The notes below the pieces were generated by a model. That model was not told where the DNA came from. It saw only the letters and a list, made by a program, of their open reading frames with translations, and did not search any database. DNA of 63,497 nucleotides, counting the filler, from Choristocarpus tenellus KU-1152 (taxonomy: Eukaryota > Protista > Phaeophyceae): the NCBI GenBank assembly GCA_964200185.2. It is 9 parts of 9 records of this genome, joined end to end, with 100 filler letters (N's around TTAATTAATTAA, not from the genome) between each part and the next. Parts side by side here need not be neighbours in the genome. Positions count along the whole stretch, not along the records: positions 39,316 to 53,798 come from CAXNAD020001177.1; 8 more parts are not named here. One strand, written 5' to 3'. Below are positions 39,216-53,798 of the stretch, piece after piece (position 1 is the stretch's first letter; each line of letters starts with the position of its first letter). A program made the translations under genes and the position numbers.

Positions 39216-40867
39216 NNNNNNNNNNNNNNNNNNNNNNNNNNNNNNNNNNNNNNNNNNNNTTAATTAATTAANNNNNNNNNNNNNNNNNNNNNNNNNNNNN
39301 NNNNNNNNNNNNNNNCCCCCCCCCCCCCCTCCCAGATACTTTGACCCTGAAATTTTCAAAATTGTCAGAAGGAGAAACAAAATCTTGACTTCTAGTTACC
39401 TGAAGTGGAAATAAAGTTTGGGTTAGGGTTAGAGTAGTAGTTCTACTGAACTTGGAAGTCCTTATGATGTGTAACACTCATTAGTTTTTAGTTATTATTT
39501 GAGATATTGAAGAGAAAATTTTGCTGTGATGGATAAGGCAAGTTAGAGGCAGGGATAGGGTGCCCTTGAGCTGCAGATCTTGTCAAGATATGATATACAA
39601 GGCAGCATTTGCAGAGATTCCTCTTTGGTGTTTACATCACAAAATCATATCTAGGTGATGTTTTTTGGCTGATTTACTGTGTTATGAATTGAGCTGAAAG
39701 TGATCTCTGCAAGAGCCATCTTGTCACCATGGCTCTTGATAAATTGTTATCTTCAAATACTTGTTGCACTCGATCATGAATTTGTAACTGAACAATACCC
39801 CCACACAAGTAGTCCTTATTGCTTCATATATTTGGATGAAGAAGCAGGGTTAGGGTTAGGCAGTGACATGTTTGCTAATCTGTGCAGAGTTACTTCATGG
39901 ATATGCTAAGACATGACTGGCATCTTGTGACTTTAAGTGCTTTCATGTGCTGTGTACGTGATGTGATCATATGCGCCTAATGACAGGTTTTTCAATGTCC
40001 GTGCCTGCACCGGTACAGACCGGGCCATTGTTCAAGGAAGCTACAATGCATTTGTATCCTGCAGTATTGATGATGATCCAGGATGGTGCTGGTCCAATAC
40101 AATGAATGAGGGTAATGAGGTAAGAACCTATGTAGTTTGACCCAAAGACTTGGATTGGATTTTCAGTGATATATGTGCTTACAACTAAGACTCTTTTGTT
40201 GATCACTTTTTTTTTCTTACCTTCTAAGGGGGTGATTTGTGTTGGCAAGTCCCAACATCAAGTAAATCCCTACCAGATGCCAAGCTTGAGACTACAACCC
40301 AACGGGTCCCATCTTTTTCCACTTCTGCATTCATTCTTTTTTTGTGAAACGATGATGAGCTAGACCTTATTTGGCTCAACCTTAACATTTGTTTCCGCCC
40401 TCCATTGGATTTGCCTCACCGTTGTGCTCCATAGGTGGGAGGGTATTACCATCAGATGGATGCCCAAAAGTCTTCAAACCTGAATCCTCCATAGGCATTC
40501 GCCATATTAGAAGTTACATTGTTCTGTAGTGAACTGTGAGTAGTGAGACCTTATGGTAATGAAGACCTTGCATTGCCTGAGTTTTCTGTTTGTTCTGTGG
40601 AGTAGAACTTACCAAATTAATGAACTTTAAAGTTGTGATACCATCTTTTTCTCAATTAACTGGAATGAGCCGATTATACTGTCACAGTCCACATCACAAA
40701 TTTTTAGTTAGCACATTTCCCATTTATATGTATGCATCATTTCTTGCATTGTTGAGAATGGTACTTCTCTCCTTCAGGAAATGCACCAACTCAATGCCAC
40801 ACGTGCTTAACTCACTCCTCCAACACATCTTTCCCGTCATCATTTGCTCCTTTTTCTTCCTCTCCAG

Positions 40868-43800
40868 TACACGGCATACATCCACCTGTATGTAAGGCTG
40901 TACCCTGATGGGGCAATGTCTGGGGCACTGAGGACACTACAGCCAAGGAATGATGTGACCATACAGGGACCGATGTTGATGAACAAGACGACTATCTCTC
41001 CATTCTTCAAGCACATTGTGCTGATTGCTGGAGGTGTGTTTTATTCCCGCTAGTGTCAGGGCTGGGATGAAGATCAAGGTTAGGGTTTTACCTCAAGAAA
41101 AACAGGTCTAAATGGTAGTATTTTCACCACAGGTTTTGTACTTCGCTGACTTAGTCTGAGTTAGCATTTGTATAATATCTGTGTCCAAGATGAGAGGCAG
41201 TCGTAACCAAACTTGATGTAATATGCTTCTACAGGTACAGGGGTGAACCCTATGTTTCAGATGGCCCAGTCATATGTGATGTCTGAAGAGGCAGAGGCTA
41301 AGCAGGCGCACATAGTGCTGATTTGGCAGGTGTGTGTTATTTTGAGGTGTATTTGACTGATAAAATTCTCCGCAGGTATGAAGTACTGGTGGTGCTCATG
41401 TGGTTCATATGCCGAAAACACTCTTGTCACTGTTCAATAGGCACGAAACAACTGAGTTGTTAGTGTGTCTATATTTTGGTTTTTAAACTAGTTCTTGGAG
41501 CACGATGGCACACAAATTTCTGACGTTATTCTTTTGTTGGAAGCATCAATATCACATGCGGTTAGAAGTCACAGTGACGTTAGCCATGCCTAAGGGTTAG
41601 GGTTAGATGGAGGGGTGTATTTCTGTCTGAGACATTCCCAATGTATTTTAACGCCCTTGTTTGAGTAGGTGAGAACGGTGCAAGACATCTATTCTCTGGA
41701 CAAACTGCAGGCCATGCAGGTGAGGGGATGAGAAATGATTAGGATGTCAAGTTTGTAAAGTAAGTGGTAACTAGTGCTGAACTAGTTTTTCCTCTCTTTC
41801 TTTGCTGTGCCAAGGTTAGGGTTAGTTGTCCAATTGGTGGGGAGGAAGTCAGGACCGTCGAGGAAGGGTGGGAGTTGAGGTAGCTTTAGTGGGAAGTGCT
41901 TTGACAGCTGATGTGATTTATCTATGTAGACTTCAGCAAACGATACTCCATAGATCAAGAGTAATATATGGAGTGGGGTTAACTGTGCAACTAATCTATG
42001 TACTGTAAGTAAAGTTGTACTCTTGACTACAGTGTTCACAAGTATTCAAGCACCATTCTTGATGAAGGAGAAGATAGAGCTCGGGGTAGTATATACTGTG
42101 ACTTGTTATTGTTGTACTAGAAGTGAGGCTTGTTCTACATTAGAGTAAACTCTGGCGGATTACATTAGAAATACTTGAGAGTATGTCTTGCATACATAGT
42201 TTAAGTTGCAGACTACATTAGACATAACCGTATGACTATATGCAAGGTCTTTGGGATTGATTGTGAATGGTCTCAGTACATTCTTGTCTGTACTGTTCTT
42301 TCCCTAACCCTAAGTGTCGTGGTATGAATGTTTTTCTCTGTCCACAACAAAGTGATCCACTCATTGGAAGGAGGGCATTTTTTTTTGTTAGAAATCCAAG
42401 TTCACAATTTTGTGTTAGGTGGATACCTACACACACAGCAGCCTCTACATAATGTGGGCAAGTCATGGTAGAGCACTCACGTGTCAAATAGAGTATTTTG
42501 GTCAGGATTTGAGTATTGTTTGGACAAGAGCACAGTTCCTCTTCAGGTATCTGGTCAGACATCAGGTGCATTGACAGGTAGGCTGGAACTTGAAGTAGAG
42601 AAACCATAGTTCTTTTATAGCGCTTTAGATACGCAACATCCAAAGCGCCCAGTGGAAATACCACTTGTGCACTTCAACCCAAGTCTTCATCCAATCACGA
42701 CCCTTTATCGAAACCCCAAGCTTGGCCAACTGTGTAGTTTCCACTTTTCTATGTGGGATGAAGTCCTTTGGAGCATGAACCTGGAACCATTAGTATCAAG
42801 TGGCAATTTTTCTGAAGCCGAACCTAACCCTGACCCTTATGGTGTGTTGTTATCAGTCACGGTTTGGAGAGTGCTTCTCAGTGTGCATCTTCATCAGCAA
42901 GAGCGATGGTACAGGTTTTTTGAACCAGGACAGCACGGGATCTGAGGTGCAATAGCAAAAATATTTCTGTATCTTTCTGCTTAGGGTTGTTTTGATCACA
43001 TGTCTTCTTTTTTCAGAATGTGTACTTGTCTTGGTTATCTGCTTATTTCAATGCTTAGAGCTCTATACTTGCAAGGGAGAAGGTCAGAGATAAAATATAT
43101 TTTGAGATGGAGTATGTGGGTGAGGGAGTAATCTACGGCACATAGTGAGGCTCGTTGATTTTGGCCTTCACCAAAGTAGCCGACATGTAGTTTGACCTAG
43201 AAGGTTTGTGGAAAATATGGAATCTATCCATAGGTTAGTGTTAGCAATGAACGTGCCATTTCTACTCTTTTCCAAGAACCTATGGTTGAACAACATCACA
43301 GATTTATTCTCCACCTCAGGTAACCCCCCCCACCACCACCCATGCATAAAACACACAACTAGTTTCCCCCTGCACCAATCTATTTTGTACTTGAGATTTC
43401 CTTATCATAGTTCCAACAATCCCAGTACAGCAATTTCACATACATTACCTCTGCAGCTTCAACCAAAGGACAATCTGTATCTTCAGAAACCAATTCTCTT
43501 CCTAAAGGTTGTTTGCACTGGAGTGAGTTATTCTATGATATTACCCAAATAGCTTGGAGTCAATTCCGCCACCCTTCCATCTCTTCTCTCCCTGCCAGCT
43601 AACTCAAGAAAAGGAGGATGTTCTTGAATGCAATTCAAGGAACTTCAGCTCCATGCGCACGATGAACATTACCTTCCCTGAGGCAAGATACGTGTATGTC
43701 ATATCATATTTTGCCCTGTAACACCTGTTGCTTTTCAACTTCAGGCAATACTATCCCACAGTTATCAGTGCAACACATTTGTTGCCTCTGGCCGGATTAC

Positions 43801-46800
43801 TACCACATGTGCACTGTAAGTCAATACAATGTGCAGGGTAATTCTAACAGCAAACACTAAAATATGTTGGTAGATACGTAGAAGTTGTCTGGAGAAGGTG
43901 TGCTGAAAATTCTTGATTGTCTTCATTAAGTGCAGTAACTTCATCACTGGAGATGCCCCATGCGAGCTATATATACAATGCCGCTCACACCCCACCACTT
44001 AGCCTCTTTAACCACTTAATAAAAACTAAGAGAAAGCATGAGTTGATGCAATAACCCTTTTCAAATCATTAGAAAGGAAGATTTTTTTTTATGCCCCTTT
44101 TCTTTTCTTTACTATTTCTAACTATACTTTAGTCTGGGACTATTAACCTGTCCCGACCCATCCTAGCCCCAAACTGTGGTCAGAAGTACTGCGTCAATGT
44201 AACAATTAACTTTTTCACTTCAAGTAATACCACTGCCCTTTGTGTGCCTTGCGTTTGTCTCGCATATTGTGTTCACTAGTTCCGCTTCTTGTCGCTCTGC
44301 CTCCTCTAGAATCTTGGGCAGTAGTCTTCTGTTTGAAAATAAGTCTTACCACCACAAACCAGGTTTCCCGCTTCATTTTTAAGGTTAAGGTTAGGGTTAC
44401 CAAGCAGTAGGAAGGTCGAAGTGTACTGTTCTATTGCACTTCTTGCCATTTGATCCATTGAAATTTGACCTTAGGGTATGAACCTGGGTATTCCTTTGTT
44501 GGGAGCCCGATGTACTACCATTGAGCTACAAGGTTGCCATTTCCTATTCCCACCAACTTATGTACAGTAATCTATGGTATGAATAGTATGCAGTATAAAT
44601 AAGACCATACCCCTTTCACTCATATTGCATAATCATGTCTTTGTGTCAATAACCAACAAATAGGTAAGGGCAATCAGTGGGTCCCGGGACATCACTCCGA
44701 TATTGGAATCGTGTGAAAATGATTGGAAACAGACCTGGAGGTTCAACCGTGCCGAAGGACTGATGGACTTTAGATGGAAAAACTCCAGTTCAAGATATAT
44801 GTCAAATCCTGATGATTCTGACAATGAAGGCATCCCAAGGTAGGAGAAGTGGACAGTATACTCGAGTTCTAGGATATGAACAGGCAAAGCTAGGATGGAA
44901 GTGAGAAGGTGGTGTACATGGTATTGATGTCAAGTGTGTATATATGTGCTTATCTCTTGGTCCAGAGATGTTTTTCTGGAAAATCAGATTCAACCTCACT
45001 GGAAAGGAATCAACCATTCTCTTATATTTCTGCAAGTCTGTTTTTATTTGCAGTGATTACTCCAACAATTTGAGTGAGGTCATAGAGAGAATAAGGTGTG
45101 TTAGAACTGTCCTTTTACCCCCCCTTTTTTTGTAGTCTATCTTAACCCTAACCCTTAGTATCTGTACTTACTGATAGAGCATAGTTTACCACACTTGTCG
45201 ATTTGGATTGTTACACCTAATGGAACATGATTGGAGTACATTTTTTTTTTACATTTTTTCAGGAGTGTATAAAATCTGAACATTAGTTGTGGAGGTTTCC
45301 TGTATTTGGGTCTGGTATCCAATACTGCAAGGTTTGAGGGTCTGTGTATACCCGCACTGATATCACCTTGTTCTCATATGACCCTGCAACCGCTCAACTT
45401 TTCCCTCCCTCTCCATCTCCCACTTGACCCTTCTTGTTCTTCTCTTGTCCAATTGGGTCTCAGTTTTAGGTTGCCGCAGGATTCTACAGCTACTGTTGGG
45501 CAAAGGGTTGGAGTCAAGGTGAAATAGAGATTCTGGTGGGGAGGCTGCATCTTGCCATTTGTTGAAGAGGGAGAAAGTATGGCTGCATTTCAGTATGAGA
45601 GCCAATGGTTTTTAAGTTATCATGTTGATGACTCTGTAACAGAACATAATAGTACTCGTAGTAGAACCATATGAGATTTTTCTAAACCCTAACCCTAAGC
45701 TGTATGTATTTTCATCGGAGTAGATCATAGTGGAACACAGTACTGATCGTAGTTTTATACTGCAAGAAGAGTAGAAGATATGGCTATTGTTAGTATAGTA
45801 TTGTTTTTGCTTGCGTTTGAGAAAACATGTCAGAGATGCCATTTATTACACTTATGGCAGTCTAATACAGGCTCACCTGTGTGTTTCATTATTCTCTTTG
45901 CCCAATACTAGACACAATTGCAGGGCAGCACCCCAGAGTTGTAATGTCCCTGACTTGCTGGGCGGTTGTATTGCAGGTTACACTGCCACCCTTTTTTTGT
46001 TGCATTTTCCAGAGTTTAAAGTCTTGTTCAACCTGGCTGACTGGATACGCCCTTGTTTTGAACATTTTTTTCACCATAACTGACTGGTTGGGTCATGTTG
46101 TATTATTTTTTGGGGTGGGGGTGTCTGACTGACAACCAGTACAACTACCCACCACTTTGTGACGTCTTTTTGTGATTTCTAGCTTACATATCTTCTTATG
46201 TAGAAAGTTTAGGGTTCATCCACTTGTTGTATTGTAGTGAGCTTGAAGCATATTGTTGTACCTGAAAATGTTGCGAAGCTGGTACTACATTAAACTTTCA
46301 TAAACACTGTCAACACAAGTTCTCACTGTTGAAAGGTGTATCAACAATATCTACCACAACGATTTAGCATTAGATGACCTAGACTTGATACAGCTCATAT
46401 GTTTTGCATGGTGCAACTCATATCTGTACAAGGATGGAACCTTTCGTTTCCCACATGCTACAGTCCTGTGGTCCGCAATCACTACCCTTATCAACATTGA
46501 ATATCCTAACACCAAATCCTACCCCCTCCCCCCAGTGGCTTGAGAATGGGCAGCTCAGGATCAAATCAACCCCAACAACAGTGGAAACATCCGTACCACA
46601 GAGCAGCGGGGGTGGCACTTCAAAGAAATCTGGACAACCCTTGTCATACATGCTGAGTAAGATTTCTACTTTGACACGTTGGAAAGGGTTGAAAGAGGGA
46701 GAAAGGATTGACAAATCAGGCAGATCTCTAGCAGGATTTCAGCCTCATTCAGTGCAAGAAAATAGGGTGGAGGGTCAGGCAGCAGGAGAGAAAGGGGTGT

Positions 46801-49700
46801 CAGCGGTGGATGGCATGTGAGAAAATTGAGTGTCAGTATTGTGGTTCATTTTTTTTCTCTGTTTCTTGTTTAACCCAAAGTATCTTTAGAGGGTAGGGCC
46901 GCGTCCATTTGGTGGCCAAAATCCAATGTTGCGATTTTGATATAATTTTGGCTACTGTGTGTGTTAGTAAGTATCAATATCCTTGTTCCGGACACACCTT
47001 TTCATAACGTATACATTTTACCTTCTCCGAAACATTTTGAAGTGGAAAAATGTCATTAAAAAACCCAAGGGAAGTCAAGCCTCAAATGGACAAACATGGC
47101 GAAACTCTTAACCTCTAAGGTACTTCCACTCTTTTTCATGTATGTTTTCTGAGAGACTCTTGAAGACTTTCGGGCAGTAGTTGCGCAATAGATGGAAACA
47201 TCATTGAAGTGGAACACTTGTCCCTTAAAAAATTATGGTGCTATACATGGACGATTTTTTCCTTGGGACTACATCATTATGCAATTGATTGTAATGTTGC
47301 TTGTTGTGAAGTGAAGCTTTTGATCGCACAGTACTTGTATACAATGAGTTGTTGGCCCAAGCTTTTCATAGCTCAGTAAACCCTCCCAACCACACTTTTT
47401 TTATGGTACTCAATCCCCACTCCTCTGTCGTTCCCATTTATTAGGTTAACTTTAGTTGAGGGAGGAATCAACATCGAGATGCTTGAGACTCAGGCAAGTC
47501 CTGCGCTCACTGACCTCTTGTTTAATTTTTTTTTATCCTCTGATGCTTACCTGCCCCACCCCACCTCCAGAGTGCTACCTGTAAACGATCTTTACCATAT
47601 GGTGATATGTATTATCTTTGCACTTTGTGGGTAAGTATTTTTGTTTGTATTCAATTCTCTGAAAGTTTCTTTACCAGTTGGTGTTCTATCACACCTTCGC
47701 ATGCAAGATTTCATGCTTGGAGGTATACGTTTGTGAATGGTTGTGTGTGTACTTCGACGACCCTTGTACACACTGCAATCTTGTAGCCTGAGAAAGTGTA
47801 TCCTCACACTAGCCCTCACCCCACACCTCCCTGCCATATTTTTGGAAAGACGTAATGAAGTTAATTCTACATCTACAAGCTGTGCCTTTCTCGAGTGTAT
47901 GCTATACACTGTATGCAGCAACTCCTTACATGTAAACGGTCATAATAATAGCAAGTTTGAGATGCATGTTGAAAGGCTAATGAATGCTATTCCTAACCCT
48001 TGACCCTAACCCTATTTTTTTTTTCTATTTAGTATTGGTACGTTTATAGTTTTCAGTGTGATTTTTTCCTCTCACAAAACTGATCCTTCACTGTTCGTTA
48101 GGCCCAAGTGTAATGCTTGAAATAGCAGAAAAAGAGGACACAAAAGTCATACAGAATTGAAATTGTGGTCTACATTCCACCCTCCTCAACAGCGTGTACA
48201 CCAATCAATGGAGCTGTGCCAATGAGTGGCTCGATAGATTCAGCATGTTCTCTGTTCCCAACCCTCCAATACTTCTACCTGTCTTACCCATCATTTTCAT
48301 GGTTGCTGATTCAAAATTATGTTGAAACTTGAATATTGATAATATCAATGCAGAGATGTATTGATAGTATTAGTATTTCCTCTCTACTTTTGTACTCAAT
48401 TTGAACATTTGACAGCATCATAAGATAAGCCTCTCATCTCCAGCTTCTGTTTGTTTCAGGAGTGGTTTTGTAATTTGAAAGTGGTCCTTATGTGGAAATG
48501 CTACCAACAGTTATTTAAAATCTCCAGCTGCATCAGTTAGTTGAGATATACATGGCCATCCATGCAACCAGTTTTGATGCATGTTATCTTCATCAGAGTA
48601 CTAAGACCACCCCTTCCTTTAGTTAAGCCCCATTGCAGACGCCAACCCTGACCATTTAATATATGTGTAGTGCAGTCCCTGGTCAAAATTTGTGGGTATT
48701 TCCTCCCCTTCTTACAGGTAGGACCTGGGATGGCCATCATCGACCTTGTGAAAGACCAGAAACTGCAGGGGGATAAGGAGGGCAAGACATCAACAGAAAC
48801 CCAGGAGGTGAAACATTTGCTTAAAATGTGGCAGTTGATGTACAGATTTATTCATTTGTTCAAGGTCTAAAAGTATGCTCAAGCAAGTATATCTTGCCTT
48901 GAAGATATGGTACTGTTAGTTTTTAATTTTGATTTGTCGAACCTTGTGCAGGCTGTATTGGGAGCCTATAAATACACGGCAATGTGCGATTTTCCAATAT
49001 ATTCATTTTTATGAGGTATAGTAGGGATTTTTTTGGCTGGTTTTGTGTGTTGGCATTTATGTTTCTCACCATTTCACCACACATTGGTCTTTTATTTGTT
49101 TGTCCTTGATCATCAAAGGTAGAGATTTGCATCTAAAGGACCTCCAAAGAATATTGAGATTTTTAGATATTTTGCACTCAAGTGCAGTGAGTTATGGTTG
49201 AAGATGATATTACACACTGCAATTTTCCTTGCTCATGCAATATTTGAATCTTGTGTGTCCCTACCCTGTTCACCATCATGCCACAATTTCTCCACCCGCT
49301 CACTTCCCCCAATCCACTTTCTGCTCATTTTTACCTAAACAAGAGTGCTGCTAATGGCTCACAATTCACATCAATAGATCATTACCTATTTTTCATTGAA
49401 TGCGATGGCCAGGATTTCCAGAATGCCATAGGGAGCCTCAAGTTTGTATGCTCTGGTCCCAAGGGCTTTGTCTCACACATTGAGGAGCTGTTGAAAGAGA
49501 TTGGTGTTCCCAAGGTGAGAACTCCCTAAAAAGAAGGAGAAAACAAGGTTCTCACGAATTCTGTTCGTGAAACATTGAAGCTTCTCATCTCACCACCTCC
49601 AAATTTTAATGTTTTTGACATGTACCATGCACTAGAATATGCTGTGATAATATTTCTGCCTTTGATTTGTCTTGTCACATTTTAAGGGGGACGAAATCAT
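40868..49700 (+). CDS. FNR-superfamily flavoprotein (NADH-cytochrome b5 reductase-like), multi-exon, 5' end uncertain
   Basis: Exons read LYVRLYPDGAMSGAL..IQGP..HIVLIAG|GTGVNPMFQM..VLIWQ|VRTVQDIYSLDKLQAMQ|SRFGECFSVCIFIS, then several non-canonical exons, then FVCSGPKGFVSHIEELLKEIGVPK (49344-49514). FAD-binding GxMS and NAD-binding AGGTGxxP and CxGP motifs are present. Confidence 0.8.
44474..44533 (-). mobile_element. tRNA-derived SINE head / tRNA pseudogene fragment (intronic)
   Basis: The minus strand has an A-box-like TAGCTCAATGGTAG and a B-box-like GGTTCATACCC at tRNA spacing. No intact cloverleaf. Confidence 0.55.
46872..47131. mobile_element. MITE family A, intronic copy
   Basis: CCCAAAGTATCTTTAGAGGG ... 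CCTCTAAGGTACTTCCACTC, with full-length homology to 488-746. Confidence 0.9.
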
Positions 49701-50179
49701 TTAGCTGGTGTGAGGGTGATTTGATTTCCTTATATTGTTAAGTTGTGGGTTAGGATTGGGGTTTTAAGATTCAGTTCAGAGAGATTTGTCATCAGCCGAC
49801 ACTAGCCTAAAGACCGTATCAGGTGGTATGTTGGGCACTATTTTTTGGCTAGAACATAATAAAGGATCTGTTCTAGGGGGTTTGAATAATATTTTTATGT
49901 CTTGGGTTAGGGTTGCAGGTTTGGGTGTGAGCAGGTACTTGCTTAAATATCATGCACGTGCAAATTTAATCATCCATACAGCTCTTCGTCATCAGTGAGG
50001 GGGTGGAGCCTCATCAAATAGTTTCATGGTAGCGTAAACACCTGTCTCTATCCACATCCTGTGAAAAAAAACCTGTGTGAAGTGGAAAAGGTCAAACATT
50101 TGTAACTAGCCCAGGTATAGAATGCCAATATATTACTTGCTACGTGTTGGTTGTGGGTTATACGCCTTGTGAACACTCC

Positions 50180-53100
50180 TGTTAAGCTGTCCTTGACGAT
50201 CTGTTGTCCACACAACCAGTTATATTATTGTTTATTGACTTTTATCACAGTTGAGAAGAGAGTGAGATACCTTCACCAGGTGGGGCTCACCAATCCTTAC
50301 ATTGAATGACTCAGAATACCAAATGACTCAACGGTTCTCTAGTACACGTCAGAAACACTCCGACTCTAACATTCCGTCGATTACTTCTGGTCAAATATCC
50401 CGCCTAAATATCCCGAATGTCCTGCATTATCTTCTGTGAGTAAATAAAATAATACTTCCAATCATATTCTCACAAATAGTCAAACATAATCTTGACACAC
50501 TCCCCTGCTCTGACTATGCAGTGAGAATCAAATCAATCCAACAACAAAACCCAACTTGAAATCAACTCAACGTGCGCACTTCAAATCTCAATTCTACACA
50601 TGGACAAGCAAACTCTTGACACACTCCCCTGCTCTGTCCATTCATCATGAATCCAACGAACTCAATCTGCACACTACCCCTTACTCACAGTGCATGATAG
50701 TTCTAGTGTGAAACTCAAACACATTACCGCTCAGAGCCTTCGTGAACAAATCTCCATGTTGTTCGCCAGAGTTTACATACAATATCTGTGCCTTCCCCTC
50801 TTTCACCAGGTTTCTAACATAACGATATCTGGTATCTGTATGTTTTGTCCTACCCCCTGAATCTGTCTTCTCAGCCAACTTGATTGCCCCACTATTGTCT
50901 TCAAACAATCGTACACAATACTCGTGTACAGTTGGCTCAAAAAAAATGTTGTACTTGTTGCAAGAACATAACCTCTTTGGCCAAATCACACAATGACACA
51001 TACTCGGCCTCAGTGGTAGATAAAGCAACAGTTTTCTGCATTTTTGACCACCAGCTCACGCATGCACCCCCAAACATTATCGCATCACCAGACACAGAAA
51101 ATCTTGAAATCACACAATTGGCGTAGTCAGCATCCGCATATACATTGAGTTGGTCTCTAGGTGCATTCCGGTAAAAACTGAACTCGCCATAGGTCAATCC
51201 TCACATTGTTCCAGTCCCAGCTCCAGTAATGACGTCACAAGTAAAGCATTCCAGTTCCATGATACTTCTTCAATCCCATACAATGATTTCTGTAGCTTCC
51301 CAACTGCCCCATCAAATTCAGCCACCCCCTCTGGCAGCTCCACATGCAAGTCTTCCTCCAGGTCTGCATTAGTGAAAGCCCTCACTGCATCTGCCATATT
51401 CAGGTCCCATCCCAACCGTGCTGACAAAGCCAGAATCATCTGCAGGCTTGACATTTGTACTGTTGATGCAATTTTTTTATGCCAGTCAATTCCAGGCTGT
51501 TGTCGAAATCCTTGTACCACCAGTCTTGCTTTCCATCGCTCCACCAATCCTACTGCATTCACCTTTCTGGAAAAATGACTTTTAAGACATTTGCATCAGT
51601 TAGTCTGGGAACCTGAACCCACGTGCCTTGAGCAATTAATCCATCAATCTCAGCATATAGCCTCAAGCCACTCCTTAGACTCTCGAGACTCAAGAGCTTC
51701 TTTCACAGTGAGAGGTACTGGAGGCAACTCACTCGCTGGAGTATCCCCGGGCCAGCCCAGTCACAACTCATCACCAATCATATCCTCCACCTTTTGTCTG
51801 GCCACAAAGGTTGTTCGTCTAGTGGTTCTCTTCCGTTCTAGGGGAGATTGTGATGGCCCCACATTCTACTCCCGGAGCCGAGACAGCATCCTGGGTTTGG
51901 AGGGTTGTTACTGCCCTCCTGACCCAAGCCTCCCACTCCGGAGGTGACGCAACCCTGTACCCATTGGTTTGTTCAGAAATCCTCGTCCCAGACCCCAATT
52001 TCTTTTCTTGTGCATTCCCTGACCCCATGTGTTCCCCCACATTAATGTCTTCAACCATGCCCTCCAAAACGTGTCCAGTCTCTTCATTACTCAAATCCCT
52101 AGGTGCTATTTCCCCACTCGTGATCACTGGAAAAAATTCTTCTTCCCTCAGTGGTAACCCTGAGGATTGATGTTGGGTGTCATCATGCAGGTTACCATCC
52201 CACATGGACTCCCAACTAATATCCCTGTGCATCACGAGTCGCCCTGTATATGGCAGCAGAATCCGGTAAGTGTGTCGAGGGTATTGGTTAAGCGGTGCAA
52301 CTTCCATCATAAAACAGGGTTCAGCACGTGGTGAAGACTTCGTGGGTCAATTGTCTATGTGAGCATATCCCCGGCTACCCCACATTGGAAGTTGTGTCAC
52401 ATCTGCAGGACGTCCATGCCATAGTTCCCATGGAGTTACCCGGTCCGTACTTGCAGATGTAGGTGTCATGTTGGTAAGATCGTTTGCGTGTGACATCGCC
52501 TCTGCCCACAAGGTACCATATTGCAGTAAAAGTGACTTTTCCCAAACCAAGGCAATTCTCCTTTTAACCACCCCATTGTACTGAGACGCTCCAGGTACAG
52601 TGCGCTCATGTCGAATATCGTACTTTTCCAGCATTGACTCAAAAGCAGTCCCAGTAAATTCCGTCCCACAGTCCGTCCGTACAGCTTTGATCTCTATATC
52701 AGCTGACTTCGCCTCAGGAATTTCTCAAATGCAGACGATGTCGTTTGATCACTCTTGGTCCTCAAGTAATACCCGAAACTATCCATCACGAACATAGCAT
52801 AGTAACACCCCTTCCCCTTACTTGGATGTTCTTTCGGTCCCATCAAGTCCACAAACACACGCCTCCCCTCTCCTGAGGCCCAATTTTCAGTCTCCTTTGG
52901 TATTGGATGCCGATGTCCTTTGCCGAGTGAGCAACCTTGACTAAATGGTCCCCAAGTCCCAGTCAGTAAGATATTCTGACCAGCAGCGTATTTCCTAACC
53001 ATCCCCTGGTGAACATGGCCTAATCATACATGCAGCTCATTGATATCCGTCGATACACTTTTCTGGGTCAAGTGAATTCTTGGTTTGCCAGAAATAGGTG

Positions 53101-53798
53101 TCATAGCAATGGTAGGGGCATCAGTATAGTCGAAGTCATTCATCACATTCACTCTGCGCATTCCTAGAGAGAATAATTCCTTCTCCCCCAATGACGTGAA
53201 GGTGAGATTTCTTTCCCCGTTGTCCCTAATAGTTGAGATTCTAGTGGAGTCGACAGACCGGAAACTATGAACATCTCACATGCAAGCCTTGGCATAATAC
53301 AAGTTCTCACCAAGATCAGGCACCACAAGTACGTTAGTAAACACCTCAGTCTCCAGTTTACCACTCAGAACACATACCAATTTGATATCCCCTTTTCCCA
53401 CAATGTCAAGTGTTCCACCACCTGCAACTGTTCCATCATAAGATACCCAATTAAACATGTTTTTATTGGTCGTCGTAAAATTATATGTGACTCCACTGTC
53501 CCAAATCCAAACCTCAACCCATGATGGCCTCTTGAAAGGAAGTGAGTGATGGGGGCATTACTTGTTTTGTTTGCGGAGAAAAAGGTCATCAATGCTTCGA
53601 TTGTCTGCCAAGAAAATATGGACAATCAAGGGGTCTGGAATCTTCAAACATCCAGAAGAAGAAGAATCGGATGGGGGGGAATGGTTCGAAGAACTAGGGA
53701 AGCGGATCAAAGTTGTATGCTGGCGTTGGACAACTATGACTGTGGGGTTTTCAGTAACAAATCAGTAAGGTTAAATCACTTGATTTGTTACTGAAAAC
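50180..53798 (-). mobile_element. Ty1/Copia LTR retrotransposon, decayed; protease-integrase-RT-RNaseH plus putative 3' LTR (~50180-50497)
   Basis: Protease WIWDSGVT; GAG-pre-integrase/integrase (VFVDLMGP, YNGVVKRR, LWAEAM); RT WKARLVVQGFRQ..SLYGI; RNaseH YADADYA, VALSTTEAEY, EDNSGAI, KHTDTRY, DLFTKAL. The PPT AGCAGGGGAG is followed by TGTGTCAAG. Copia domain order. The LTR distal boundary is tentative. Confidence 0.95.

Noticed and set aside
53747-53798. Perfect 18-bp inverted repeat at a contig end
   Set aside because: Fold-backs at contig termini are commonly chimeric-read or assembly artefacts.
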